Positions 1-7,687 of a stretch of DNA of 64,000 nt are shown piece by piece (the stretch's first letter is position 1; the number at the start of each line of letters is the position of its first letter). The translations under genes were made by a program, and so were the position numbers. The DNA comes from a virus. The notes beneath the pieces were generated by a model. That model made no database searches. It was not told where the DNA came from and was given only the letters and a program-made list of their open reading frames with translations. The DNA is taken from IMG/VR virus record IMGVR_UViG_3300014202_000270, one strand, 5' to 3'.

Positions 1-1749
1 GGCGATTGTGGTCGCAATACCGAGAATGATTTCACGCTGCTGCGCTGTTTCCAGTTCATCAAAGTTCTCGTTTTCTTCGTAGGCTTGGTTGATAATAGTA
101 ACGAAACTATTGTGCAGAATAACCTCGGCCTCGGTTGCCGTACTGCCCAACATACCCCGAACGGTTAGGTCATCTTTTGACCAAAGCCTGTCAAGTTTAA
201 TTTGCAGTTTAATCATTCGCTCAACCTTTGGCGATGCGTTGAACCTTGTGCCGACATACTGATAAAGCAATGATGCTACTGCGCTGTCGGGTAGCGATTG
301 TTCTTTAGCCGTGCCGATTTCACTTGTGATATCCTCGTAGCTTCTAAAGTTGAAAGAAGTTGGTACTTGAATGCTTGGCTTTTCAAAGGCATCGCCATAG
401 CGCATAAAGCCAATGGCCTCGATTGCCATATCCATTAACGCAAACAACTCGCGGGCGAACTGCACCATAAAGGTCTGCCACTCTTCCTTCTCAATCTGCT
501 TACCTGTGGCCGTTGCCGAATTCGCTTGTTCGGGTTCAAAGAACATACCGAACGCTGACCGCCGCCTTGCTTCGATTTGGTCGCTGGTGTACTTTAGAAT
601 CTCACTTGGTGGTGCAGCGAACTGAACGGGCGGGGACATGGCCAAGGTGTTTGCTTCGCCCATTCGGGTTGTGGCGGCTACTTCGTATATCCCCGTTGGA
701 CTGTGATTTAGGTTCTTGCCCGATCCGTTACATTTGCCGCAGGCAGAATAGCCGTTTGATTCGTTGTTCCAAACCTGACCGCCATCGCAGCCAGCAGCAT
801 CGCACCTGTCAACTACGGCAATAATTATCGGGAAAGCCAAACGATACGTCGACATCATTAGGTTGCTTTCCAGCCGAATGACCGTGTTAAGGTGTGGGAT
901 TGCATCGGCAAAGGCAGACCGATATAACACCTCGCCATCCTTCATTTCGGGCTTGCCGCCTAACTTCCATGCTGGCAAATATCCCCAGCCGTGCCGAAAC
1001 ACTTCAACCACTTCAAAGGTCAAGTTACCTTTGGCATCTTTGCCGTTAACGTATGCCTCGTAAATCGCCATACTATCAACGTACTTAAAGCCCATTTTAT
1101 CGCCATCTTTGCCGTTCCAAAGTAAGGCATACTCCCCAGCCTTGTAACCTGCAACGTACTTCTCCTCGTAGATTTTGGCTACTGGCGAAATCAACTCCGA
1201 CTGGTCAACCACTTCGTATTCGTTGCCTTCTTCATCAATAGCGGCCTTCATCGGCAAGTATTCAGGGCAAACCAAAAGCAATTGGTTAGGGTAGTTTATC
1301 TTGCGCTCCCGAACGATGTCAAAAAAGTAGGCTTCGATGCTGTAGTATTCGGGATAAAGCCCATAGAAATACTCCTTCTGTTCATCATTCGGCCACTCAA
1401 TAGAATAGTTTTGGCTATTGGCAACGGCCTTGGTTCTGTTCAGGGCCCTGTTCCATTCGGTGTTGGTTGTTGGTTCATAAAGCCCCTTTTGGTATTCCCA
1501 TTCTTCGGGCTGCTGGTTCGGTGCTTTTGACCGCAATATTTCGTAGGGGAATTGGTTGGCCTCGGCATGCACACAAACCGCATTGTGTTCACGAATCGTG
1601 TACTCGTATATTTCTGTGAACTCCGGTAAACTTTCGTAATATGCCTCGGTTTGAAAGGTCTTGTCGTACTTGCTGGGCATGCCAACAATGTTTCGTTTTT
1701 TACGAATTTCTTTTGCGGCGTGGTCAATTAGGGCGAAGATGTCTGCCAT
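1..1749 (-). CDS. Portal-like protein (SPP1 gp6-like) with internal Cys-rich zinc-finger insertion; runs off the window edge
   Basis: Open frame from ATG at 1749 to position 1 (583 codons; missing from the ORF track because no stop lies in the window). Hand translation: MADIFALIDHAAKEIRKK...FRHGWGYLPAWKLGG...SAFADAIPHLN...LAFPIII..CDAAGCDGG..CGKCNGSG...SATATGKQIEKEE. Size and motif order recall Bacteroidota phage portals. Confidence 0.6.
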   Translation of the reverse strand, partial: MADIFALIDHAAKEIRKKRNIVGMPSKYDKTFQTEAYYESLPEFTEIYEYTIREHNAVCVHAEANQFPYEILRSKAPNQQPEEWEYQKGLYEPTTNTEWNRALNRTKAVANSQNYSIEWPNDEQKEYFYGLYPEYYSIEAYFFDIVRERKINYPNQLLLVCPEYLPMKAAIDEEGNEYEVVDQSELISPVAKIYEEKYVAGYKAGEYALLWNGKDGDKMGFKYVDSMAIYEAYVNGKDAKGNLTFEVVEVFRHGWGYLPAWKLGGKPEMKDGEVLYRSAFADAIPHLNTVIRLESNLMMSTYRLAFPIIIAVVDRCDAAGCDGGQVWNNESNGYSACGKCNGSGKNLNHSPTGIYEVAATTRMGEANTLAMSPPVQFAAPPSEILKYTSDQIEARRRSAFGMFFEPEQANSATATGKQIEKEEWQTFMVQFARELFALMDMAIEAIGFMRYGDAFEKPSIQVPTSFNFRSYEDITSEIGTAKEQSLPDSAVASLLYQYVGTRFNASPKVERMIKLQIKLDRLWSKDDLTVRGMLGSTATEAEVILHNSFVTIINQAYEENENFDELETAQQREIILGIATTIA

Positions 1750-1779
1750 GTGGCTGGTTTTTTCATAAAAATACGTAAT

Positions 1780-3534
1780 CTACTTTATATGCTTCAAAAG
1801 TTCTTTTAGCGGCAAGCGAATAACAGCATCGGTGTAATCGTGATGTCCCGCCAAAATAAGGCAATTGCCATCGGCATCAATCTCTAAATGGCTGGGAAAG
1901 GTAACGAAATCCAGCATCGGCTTGCGCCAAGTATGGGGGGCCGGGGGTATATCCTTGCCCTCCACAAAGGTCGCTTTCCAAATCGGGGTTCTTGACCACC
2001 GAAAAGCCCTGAACGGGGGCTTTGACTCCAACTCCATAAGCCCGGACCAGTACAAATTGATAGCGTTTACCTTTTGCCGCACGTGAAAAATCGTGTAAAG
2101 TTTGCCGCCGTGCTGAACTAATTGCGTACCGCCCCTGATATGCCCCCGTGCTAATGTCGGGGCTTCGGTTTTGTATTCTGTGGTCGGTTGGTCAAGGTCA
2201 TACTCAACAACATGGCCCGGCGCATAAAGAACATAAACCTTGTTATCATAAACAAACGGCGACCAATTCTTTTCTCGGCCATCGTGGTCTATTGGCCTAC
2301 TTGCCGGGGGTTTCATTAGCCAACATTCTTGGGTGTCGATATAACCAAAGTACATCTTACCCCCATCGTTGAATACCAAAGCTGGCCGCCCGTTGAATTC
2401 AAAACATCGGGGGTCTTCGGCGTGCCCGTTTTCGGTCTTGAAATTTAGAAGCTGCGGTGTTGAAAGGTTGCCGCCCTGCCAATCCATTACGGCCAATTTG
2501 CGGTTGGCAAAGAACTTCGGTTTGTCAAGCCTTACAACGTACTTGCCTTGAACAATTGAACCGTTGAAAGCGTTAGTGAATGGCCTAGGTGCTGCCTTGC
2601 CGTATGGTAATAATTGCATTTCGGGTGTTAGTGCCGGTACAACAGAATCGTAGTTAGTCTTTCGGACATCGGCTGGGGACTTTTTGCCGGGCTTGCTAAC
2701 CGCAAACTTGGCTTTCATTAAGTGGTGCGACTTGCTGGCGTTTGAACTGCCGTAAAGCTGTTTTTCAACGTATGCCACAATCCGGTCGTACATATCATAG
2801 GTGTATCGGGCCTCGGTGCTGAACTGCCCGTAGCACCCAACGAAGTAATGGCTTTTACGAAGTTCGCCCATATCGGGCCGCCTAGCCTTGAATTGCACAG
2901 GCAGCATACCAAGGTCGGCGTTTATTTGCGTCTGGGCCAAGGCTACATTAAAAGCCAATTCATCTGGGAAACTATGCCCCCAATGTTTGGTTGCCAAATG
3001 CTCCCGGTAATTGTCCTTTGCGTTCGCCCAAAACTGCGCCGCCTTGTCGGTCTTGCGCCAGTAGATAAACGAAGAATTGATTTCAGGTATTTCGCCTTCG
3101 CTTGGTAAGTTGTATTCGGCCTTGACCTCGGGCAGCGGCAACCAAAGGCAGGGCCACTTGTCGGCAGTTAGCGGCGACTTGCTAACCACTTGCGTAGCAA
3201 TATCAAAACCAGCGCAAGCCTGCCATAAGGTGTGCAGTTCTTGTACAGCCACCCCATCAATATCAATGTACATCGTTTCATCATACGGCGAATAAAGGTC
3301 AAGGTGAAGTTTAAATTTGCCGGGTGCAATTCGGCCAGTCGCATCGTTCAAATGGTCGGTGTCAATCGGCACAACCTTGTCAATATACTTTCTTTCGCGT
3401 TCGGGCAGCAGGTTAATATCACCAACAATTGAAATAGGTACGTCGGGTGAAAAATGCGCCAGCGAATTGACCATATTTTTCGCCCATTGGCCGTAGCTTG
3501 AATTGCCTGATAAGAAAATAAGGTAGCCTTTCAT
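1780..3534 (-). CDS. Two-domain protein: N-terminal nucleotide-diphospho-sugar glycosyltransferase (GT-A, DxD) fused to C-terminal beta-propeller glycoside hydrolase-like domain (GH130/GH43-like)
   Basis: YSPYDETMYIDIDG (DxD) in the N-half; EDPRCF, REKNWSPF and RGGT motifs typical of five-bladed propeller GH-like proteins in the C-half. Confidence 0.6.
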   Translation of the reverse strand: MKGYLIFLSGNSSYGQWAKNMVNSLAHFSPDVPISIVGDINLLPERERKYIDKVVPIDTDHLNDATGRIAPGKFKLHLDLYSPYDETMYIDIDGVAVQELHTLWQACAGFDIATQVVSKSPLTADKWPCLWLPLPEVKAEYNLPSEGEIPEINSSFIYWRKTDKAAQFWANAKDNYREHLATKHWGHSFPDELAFNVALAQTQINADLGMLPVQFKARRPDMGELRKSHYFVGCYGQFSTEARYTYDMYDRIVAYVEKQLYGSSNASKSHHLMKAKFAVSKPGKKSPADVRKTNYDSVVPALTPEMQLLPYGKAAPRPFTNAFNGSIVQGKYVVRLDKPKFFANRKLAVMDWQGGNLSTPQLLNFKTENGHAEDPRCFEFNGRPALVFNDGGKMYFGYIDTQECWLMKPPASRPIDHDGREKNWSPFVYDNKVYVLYAPGHVVEYDLDQPTTEYKTEAPTLARGHIRGGTQLVQHGGKLYTIFHVRQKVNAINLYWSGLMELESKPPFRAFRWSRTPIWKATFVEGKDIPPAPHTWRKPMLDFVTFPSHLEIDADGNCLILAGHHDYTDAVIRLPLKELLKHIK

Positions 3535-3549
3535 GGCTTAAAGGTAAAG

Positions 3550-3570
3550 AAAAAGCCCCATCGCTGGGGC
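3550..3570 (-). terminator. Intrinsic terminator
   Basis: gcccca-tcgc-tggggc hairpin followed by a U-tract on the minus strand. Confidence 0.6.
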
Positions 3571-3664
3571 TGATTCGGGTTTTTAACGGAAACGAAATTT
3601 ATACCCTATCGGTAGTTGGATGCTTTACTTTTAATGCAGCCGTACCCTATCGGGGGTTGTTTGG

Positions 3665-4020
3665 CTATACATTAGTTAGCGAAAATCTTCCCACCAAAGT
3701 TTCCATAGCTCACCTGTATCTTTCCAATTATCTTTGTTTCTTTGGTCAGCATATTTGTGAACCCAAACTTCATGCAATCGTACATAGTTGTAAGCTACCC
3801 ATTCAGAGAACTTCCATGTATCTAAAATTGAATGTTTAAAACTTCCGCTAACATTGGTTTTGCGTAATGCCGACTGCTCTCCAGCATCAGCAAATTTTTG
3901 TTTCATTCGTATTCTTTGTTCTTCGTTCATAATTTAATTGTTAAAAGGTAACTATAAAACTTTACTTTTCAGTCATTTTGTAAAGGTGTTGGTTGACTGT
4001 TGCGCCTATACATTAGTTAG
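3665..4020. repeat. 15-bp direct repeat CTATACATTAGTTAG at 3665-3679 and 4006-4020 bracketing a small ORF
   Basis: Exact match read from the sequence. Confidence 0.85.
3676..3930 (-). CDS. Hypothetical protein (84 aa)
   Basis: ORF track; AT-rich leader. Confidence 0.6.
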   Translation of the reverse strand: MNEEQRIRMKQKFADAGEQSALRKTNVSGSFKHSILDTWKFSEWVAYNYVRLHEVWVHKYADQRNKDNWKDTGELWKLWWEDFR

Positions 4021-4025
4021 GTAAA

Positions 4026-4108
4026 GTGGGCGACAGGATTCAAACCTGCGTTCATCGTGTCTAACTTAATAGAGCCTCGTGCATTCATCATCTGTCTGCC
4101 ACGCCCAC
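4026..4108 (-). tRNA. Degenerate tRNA-like element (83 nt, Leu/Ser-type D arm, no clean anticodon arm)
   Basis: Acceptor stem GTGGGCG/CGCCCAC; TGGCAGA...ATGC D arm; CAGG-TTTGAAT-CCTG T arm; anticodon stem does not pair canonically; no CCA. Confidence 0.55.
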
Positions 4109-4250
4109 CTATCCCATAACATGGGCTAAAACGCAATAGCTTCAATTGGTTTCCCATCTTTTGCAGGTCTTTACACTATCTCAGATTTTCGCCCTACTCA
4201 TAGTTTATTATACCGCTACTGCGTTTAGCCCAATTCCGTTATTCACACCC

Positions 4251-4258
4251 CAAACTTA
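4251..4258 (-). promoter_or_regulatory. Bacteroidota-type -7 promoter element TAAGTTTG
   Basis: Matches TAnnTTTG; lies just downstream of a terminator and upstream of the hairpin/tRNA-like unit. Confidence 0.4.
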
Positions 4259-4268
4259 CAAAAAATGT

Positions 4269-4292
4269 AAAAGCCGGGGTGTTACCCCCGGC
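4269..4292 (-). terminator. Intrinsic terminator
   Basis: gccgggg/ccccggc stem, GTAACA loop, U-tract on the minus strand. Confidence 0.7.
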
Positions 4293-4322
4293 CTCTACTG
4301 CTTACCACTAAACCCAAAAGGG

Positions 4323-4727
4323 TTATTTTTGACTCGCTGAGGAGTCTGATAAAATCTCAGCTATTATAACTTTAATCTCTTCAGGATTTACGCTGTGAAG
4401 GTCGATTAAATTCATAATGGCTGTTTTATCATCAATATAGTATTCTTGGAAAGTCTCAATTGTTTTACGCTCTTCCATTACTGTTTTGCCACTAGGACGC
4501 TTGGTTACTTTAAGCATTCTAGGGTCACCGTTATCATCTAATCTTGGTAGCATATGTAAAGTTTGTTTAGAAACTTTAGAGATAACTACCATGATTTTGC
4601 TTTCTGGGTCCATTATACATTCTACATAAGGGCACTCGTTGCTTATAGGTATAAGCTTTGCTGTTTGCTTGCCATTCCACGTTGATTTGATAGCAAGCAT
4701 TGTTGGTTTAATACTGTTGTTTTTCAT
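4323..4727 (-). CDS. Conserved hypothetical phage protein
   Basis: 134-aa ORF in an operon-like array. Confidence 0.7.
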   Translation of the reverse strand: MKNNSIKPTMLAIKSTWNGKQTAKLIPISNECPYVECIMDPESKIMVVISKVSKQTLHMLPRLDDNGDPRMLKVTKRPSGKTVMEERKTIETFQEYYIDDKTAIMNLIDLHSVNPEEIKVIIAEILSDSSASQK

Positions 4728-4744
4728 TTAATTTTTGGGTAAAG

Positions 4745-5311
4745 TTAGCTAATTAACGCTTTTCTATCAAAATCTTCCACTAAAGATACTAGTGATTCCT
4801 TTTCTAAATCCGGCACAGAGCACAGCTCGCCAACGCTTTCTAAAAGCTCTTTAGGAACATCTAGTAGTTTCGCATAGATTTCAAAATATTTTTTTGGATT
4901 CAAGAAACTGTCTATGTAGACAGAACTTGAAGAATTATCACCAAAGAATTTTAAGATGATATTCTTTTGATTATTACTAAACTTTGAATATTTACCGCTT
5001 AGAAGGTAATACCAGTCAGATTTATGCTTAGACATATCAAATATGTAAAGTCCTGTTTTATCATCTACAAGATGAAATCTTTCAAAGTATTTAGAGCTTC
5101 GTAAGTGTATCTTTTCAAAGTTTATAAATTCTGCATCCTCACGCATATGATATTTGCATATCAAACGCATGTCTTCAGGAACAAGGTGCCCCACCCATGA
5201 AACATAAGTTTCAATGGGTGTGACACTGCTTCCTCGTTTAACACCTAAAACCGGATACATAAAGGCTTTAGATTTTTGGAAATAATCCGTGTACAAAGAT
5301 TCGATAACCAT
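4745..5311 (-). CDS. Conserved hypothetical phage protein
   Basis: 188-aa ORF in an operon-like array. Confidence 0.7.
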   Translation of the reverse strand: MVIESLYTDYFQKSKAFMYPVLGVKRGSSVTPIETYVSWVGHLVPEDMRLICKYHMREDAEFINFEKIHLRSSKYFERFHLVDDKTGLYIFDMSKHKSDWYYLLSGKYSKFSNNQKNIILKFFGDNSSSSVYIDSFLNPKKYFEIYAKLLDVPKELLESVGELCSVPDLEKESLVSLVEDFDRKALIS

Positions 5312-5316
5312 GGGGT

Positions 5317-6354
5317 TTACAGTTTTACATTACCAACTAAGAACTCATAGGGAAGACTAAATGAGCGATTTGAGTAATGATAACTTGCTTTGTTGAGTAC
5401 ATCTGTAAGACGTTCTTGCCAAACATTCATAGTTTCGTCTGTAACATCGAAAACATAGCACATGTTGAACTTATCAACTACCACAAAGTGAAAGTTGATT
5501 TTCCACATATTAGCGTCTGGTTTACTGAGAACTAACTCGTGGTGAACCATTCTGACGTAGAGTGCTGCCTGTAACCAATAATTATAGAACTCTATTGTTG
5601 TTGGAAACTCGCTGAGTGTTTTACCACTTGTCTTAAGGTCACATATTGTTATAACCTTCTTAGAGTGGTCAATGGTTATATTATCAATTATACCCTTTAA
5701 ACCAAAAGGGTAAACTGGTCTATAATCCCTTGATATAAACATCTCATTGTATACTTCTTGTAACTCAAACTGTGCCTCTGTGTTTAAAAGCTCATAAGCC
5801 CGCTTATTTTGCTTTACTGCTACAACGGCCTCTTCACAAATTCTCAGTGTCTCTTCGTCGATTAAATCTTTACCTAAGCTTGATTTGAGGTACGAGAAGT
5901 ATTGTTTGGATTGGTCTGTGATAATCTTTTCGAGTCGCTTCTTATCACCTGTCAAATGTACATCTTTTTTGTCATCTACCAAACTTTGATAGAGATTTAT
6001 TTCTTGCATGTGTGCAAGTATCTCTTTATCATAGTCTTCTAGATTTTTCTCAAATTCTTCTTGTTTTAGAAAGTGTTCTTTGAAAATGTAATCTACAATT
6101 CTCCGTATGCTATCCCCGGGAAGATTCGTGGGAACAACCACAAAGAAATCGTCAAAGCGTCCTTTATCAAGAAGAAGAGTATGTATAACCTTACCTGTAA
6201 TCAAATAAGATTCTACTTTGTCTTCTCTTTCATTTAGGATGTAATGCTTATAAAAAGCTGACGGCGAATACAGTAATTTGTTTAGTGAGGAGTAGCTAAA
6301 GTAAAAATCTGTAGCGTAGAATTCTCCTTCTAGTGCAAGTTCATCAAAGTTCAT
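5317..6354 (-). CDS. PD-(D/E)XK exonuclease (RecE/ExoVIII/Cas4-like fold)
   Basis: FSYSSL start, GKVIH, LKGIIDNI...DLKTSG, YWLQAALY motifs. Confidence 0.8.
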   Translation of the reverse strand: MNFDELALEGEFYATDFYFSYSSLNKLLYSPSAFYKHYILNEREDKVESYLITGKVIHTLLLDKGRFDDFFVVVPTNLPGDSIRRIVDYIFKEHFLKQEEFEKNLEDYDKEILAHMQEINLYQSLVDDKKDVHLTGDKKRLEKIITDQSKQYFSYLKSSLGKDLIDEETLRICEEAVVAVKQNKRAYELLNTEAQFELQEVYNEMFISRDYRPVYPFGLKGIIDNITIDHSKKVITICDLKTSGKTLSEFPTTIEFYNYWLQAALYVRMVHHELVLSKPDANMWKINFHFVVVDKFNMCYVFDVTDETMNVWQERLTDVLNKASYHYSNRSFSLPYEFLVGNVKL

Positions 6355-7582
6355 TTTGTTCTTTACGTTTATCGTTTATTTCTATTTGTTCAAGAACAGA
6401 CTCAGCAATTAAAAATTCTGTGTCTATGAAATCGCATTTTACTTTATGCTCAGAGAACATATATTTTTCAATTATCCACTTGTGTTCAGAAAACATATAT
6501 CCTGATTCTAGCAGATGTTTAGAGTCGTTTTCAACAGCTCTTTGACCACCCATAGCACCACGAAATCTATGTGGTGTACTCATCTCTCCTTTATTTAACT
6601 TTGTTCTAACAAACTGCACAACAGCTTGAAAGTTAACATGTTTAAAGTAATCAGAAGAGGCAACACTTTGATAGTTAAGATTCATCAGTAACACTATATA
6701 AAATAGAGATTCTTCAAAATCACAAGAAGCTATTATTTCTAGAGCTGTATCATTATTAGACTGGTCTTGGCTTTCTAACATGTTGTTTAATGACTCAAAC
6801 AACTCTTTATCAATAACTGTTACATTGATTAGCTTAGTAACCTCTGAAGAGTTAATGATTTTCATGTTGTTCTGCAGTGCATAAAGTAAAGCCTGTAATT
6901 TTTCATTGTTTAACTCTACATAGTGACGTAAGTCTATACATATTACATCACCATCTTCATCCTTTTCACGTGTAGGATTAGTGAGAAAATTTACTGTTAA
7001 AGGATCAGGTGCATTTGATAAATTATTAAAATAGATGCGTCTTTGAGTAGAGTCTGGTTCAGATAGCATTCTTCTAAGGTCATAATCTACTCTAACCATA
7101 AGTTTGGTTATAGAATGAGCTTTACATAGTTCTACAATTTTTGCAAACTCTAATTTTATATTTTCTTTTCCTTCATCGCTGTATCCTTGTCTATGCTGTA
7201 AATCAAACTTTACCCAGTTGTGAAGTTCATCTAGATAGATTAATTCATGAGCCCAGGTATACTCAATCATGTTGTCTATGTAACTATCTTTGTTAATAAC
7301 TAAGTAATCAGCTTTTTGAATATCTCTTTTTACCTGTAGAGTTTTATTGTCTTTAAGGGCGCCGAGTTTAGCTCTTGGAATTTTACAGGACTTATCTATG
7401 AATATACTAGGAAAGTTACTAGTGTCAAAAGTAGATAAGTTTAAATGACGCTCTATGTGTCTTTTAAGATGATCTTTATCATCATCTGCTATAATCAACG
7501 GATTTTCAGATAGTGTAATTGTTTTGAAACCTACCTCTTTATTAAAGATTACATTAACAGCTATATGTGTTGGCTTAAGCAT
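6344..7582 (-). CDS. Hypothetical protein (412 aa) downstream of the AAA+/VWA pair
   Basis: Long ORF; no motif recognised. Confidence 0.7.
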   Translation of the reverse strand: MLKPTHIAVNVIFNKEVGFKTITLSENPLIIADDDKDHLKRHIERHLNLSTFDTSNFPSIFIDKSCKIPRAKLGALKDNKTLQVKRDIQKADYLVINKDSYIDNMIEYTWAHELIYLDELHNWVKFDLQHRQGYSDEGKENIKLEFAKIVELCKAHSITKLMVRVDYDLRRMLSEPDSTQRRIYFNNLSNAPDPLTVNFLTNPTREKDEDGDVICIDLRHYVELNNEKLQALLYALQNNMKIINSSEVTKLINVTVIDKELFESLNNMLESQDQSNNDTALEIIASCDFEESLFYIVLLMNLNYQSVASSDYFKHVNFQAVVQFVRTKLNKGEMSTPHRFRGAMGGQRAVENDSKHLLESGYMFSEHKWIIEKYMFSEHKVKCDFIDTEFLIAESVLEQIEINDKRKEQNEL

Positions 7583-7687
7583 AATAGTTTGTTTTTAGCG
7601 GGATGGTTGTTACGCCATCCCGCTGAGTTAAACATTGATTAATTATTCCTTTGTGTTTCTTTACATTTGAAAAGACTGGAAGCTGAA

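Noticed and set aside
413-3432. Plus-strand ORFs in the first 3.5 kb and similar short antisense ORFs elsewhere
   Set aside because: They are shadows of long minus-strand (or plus-strand) genes with no recognisable motifs
4026-4108. Amber suppressor tRNA (CT-CTA-TT at the expected anticodon position)
   Set aside because: The flanking stem (CGAGG vs AAGTT) does not pair, position 37 is not a purine, and TAG is used as a normal stop in this genome (for example 47813-47815)
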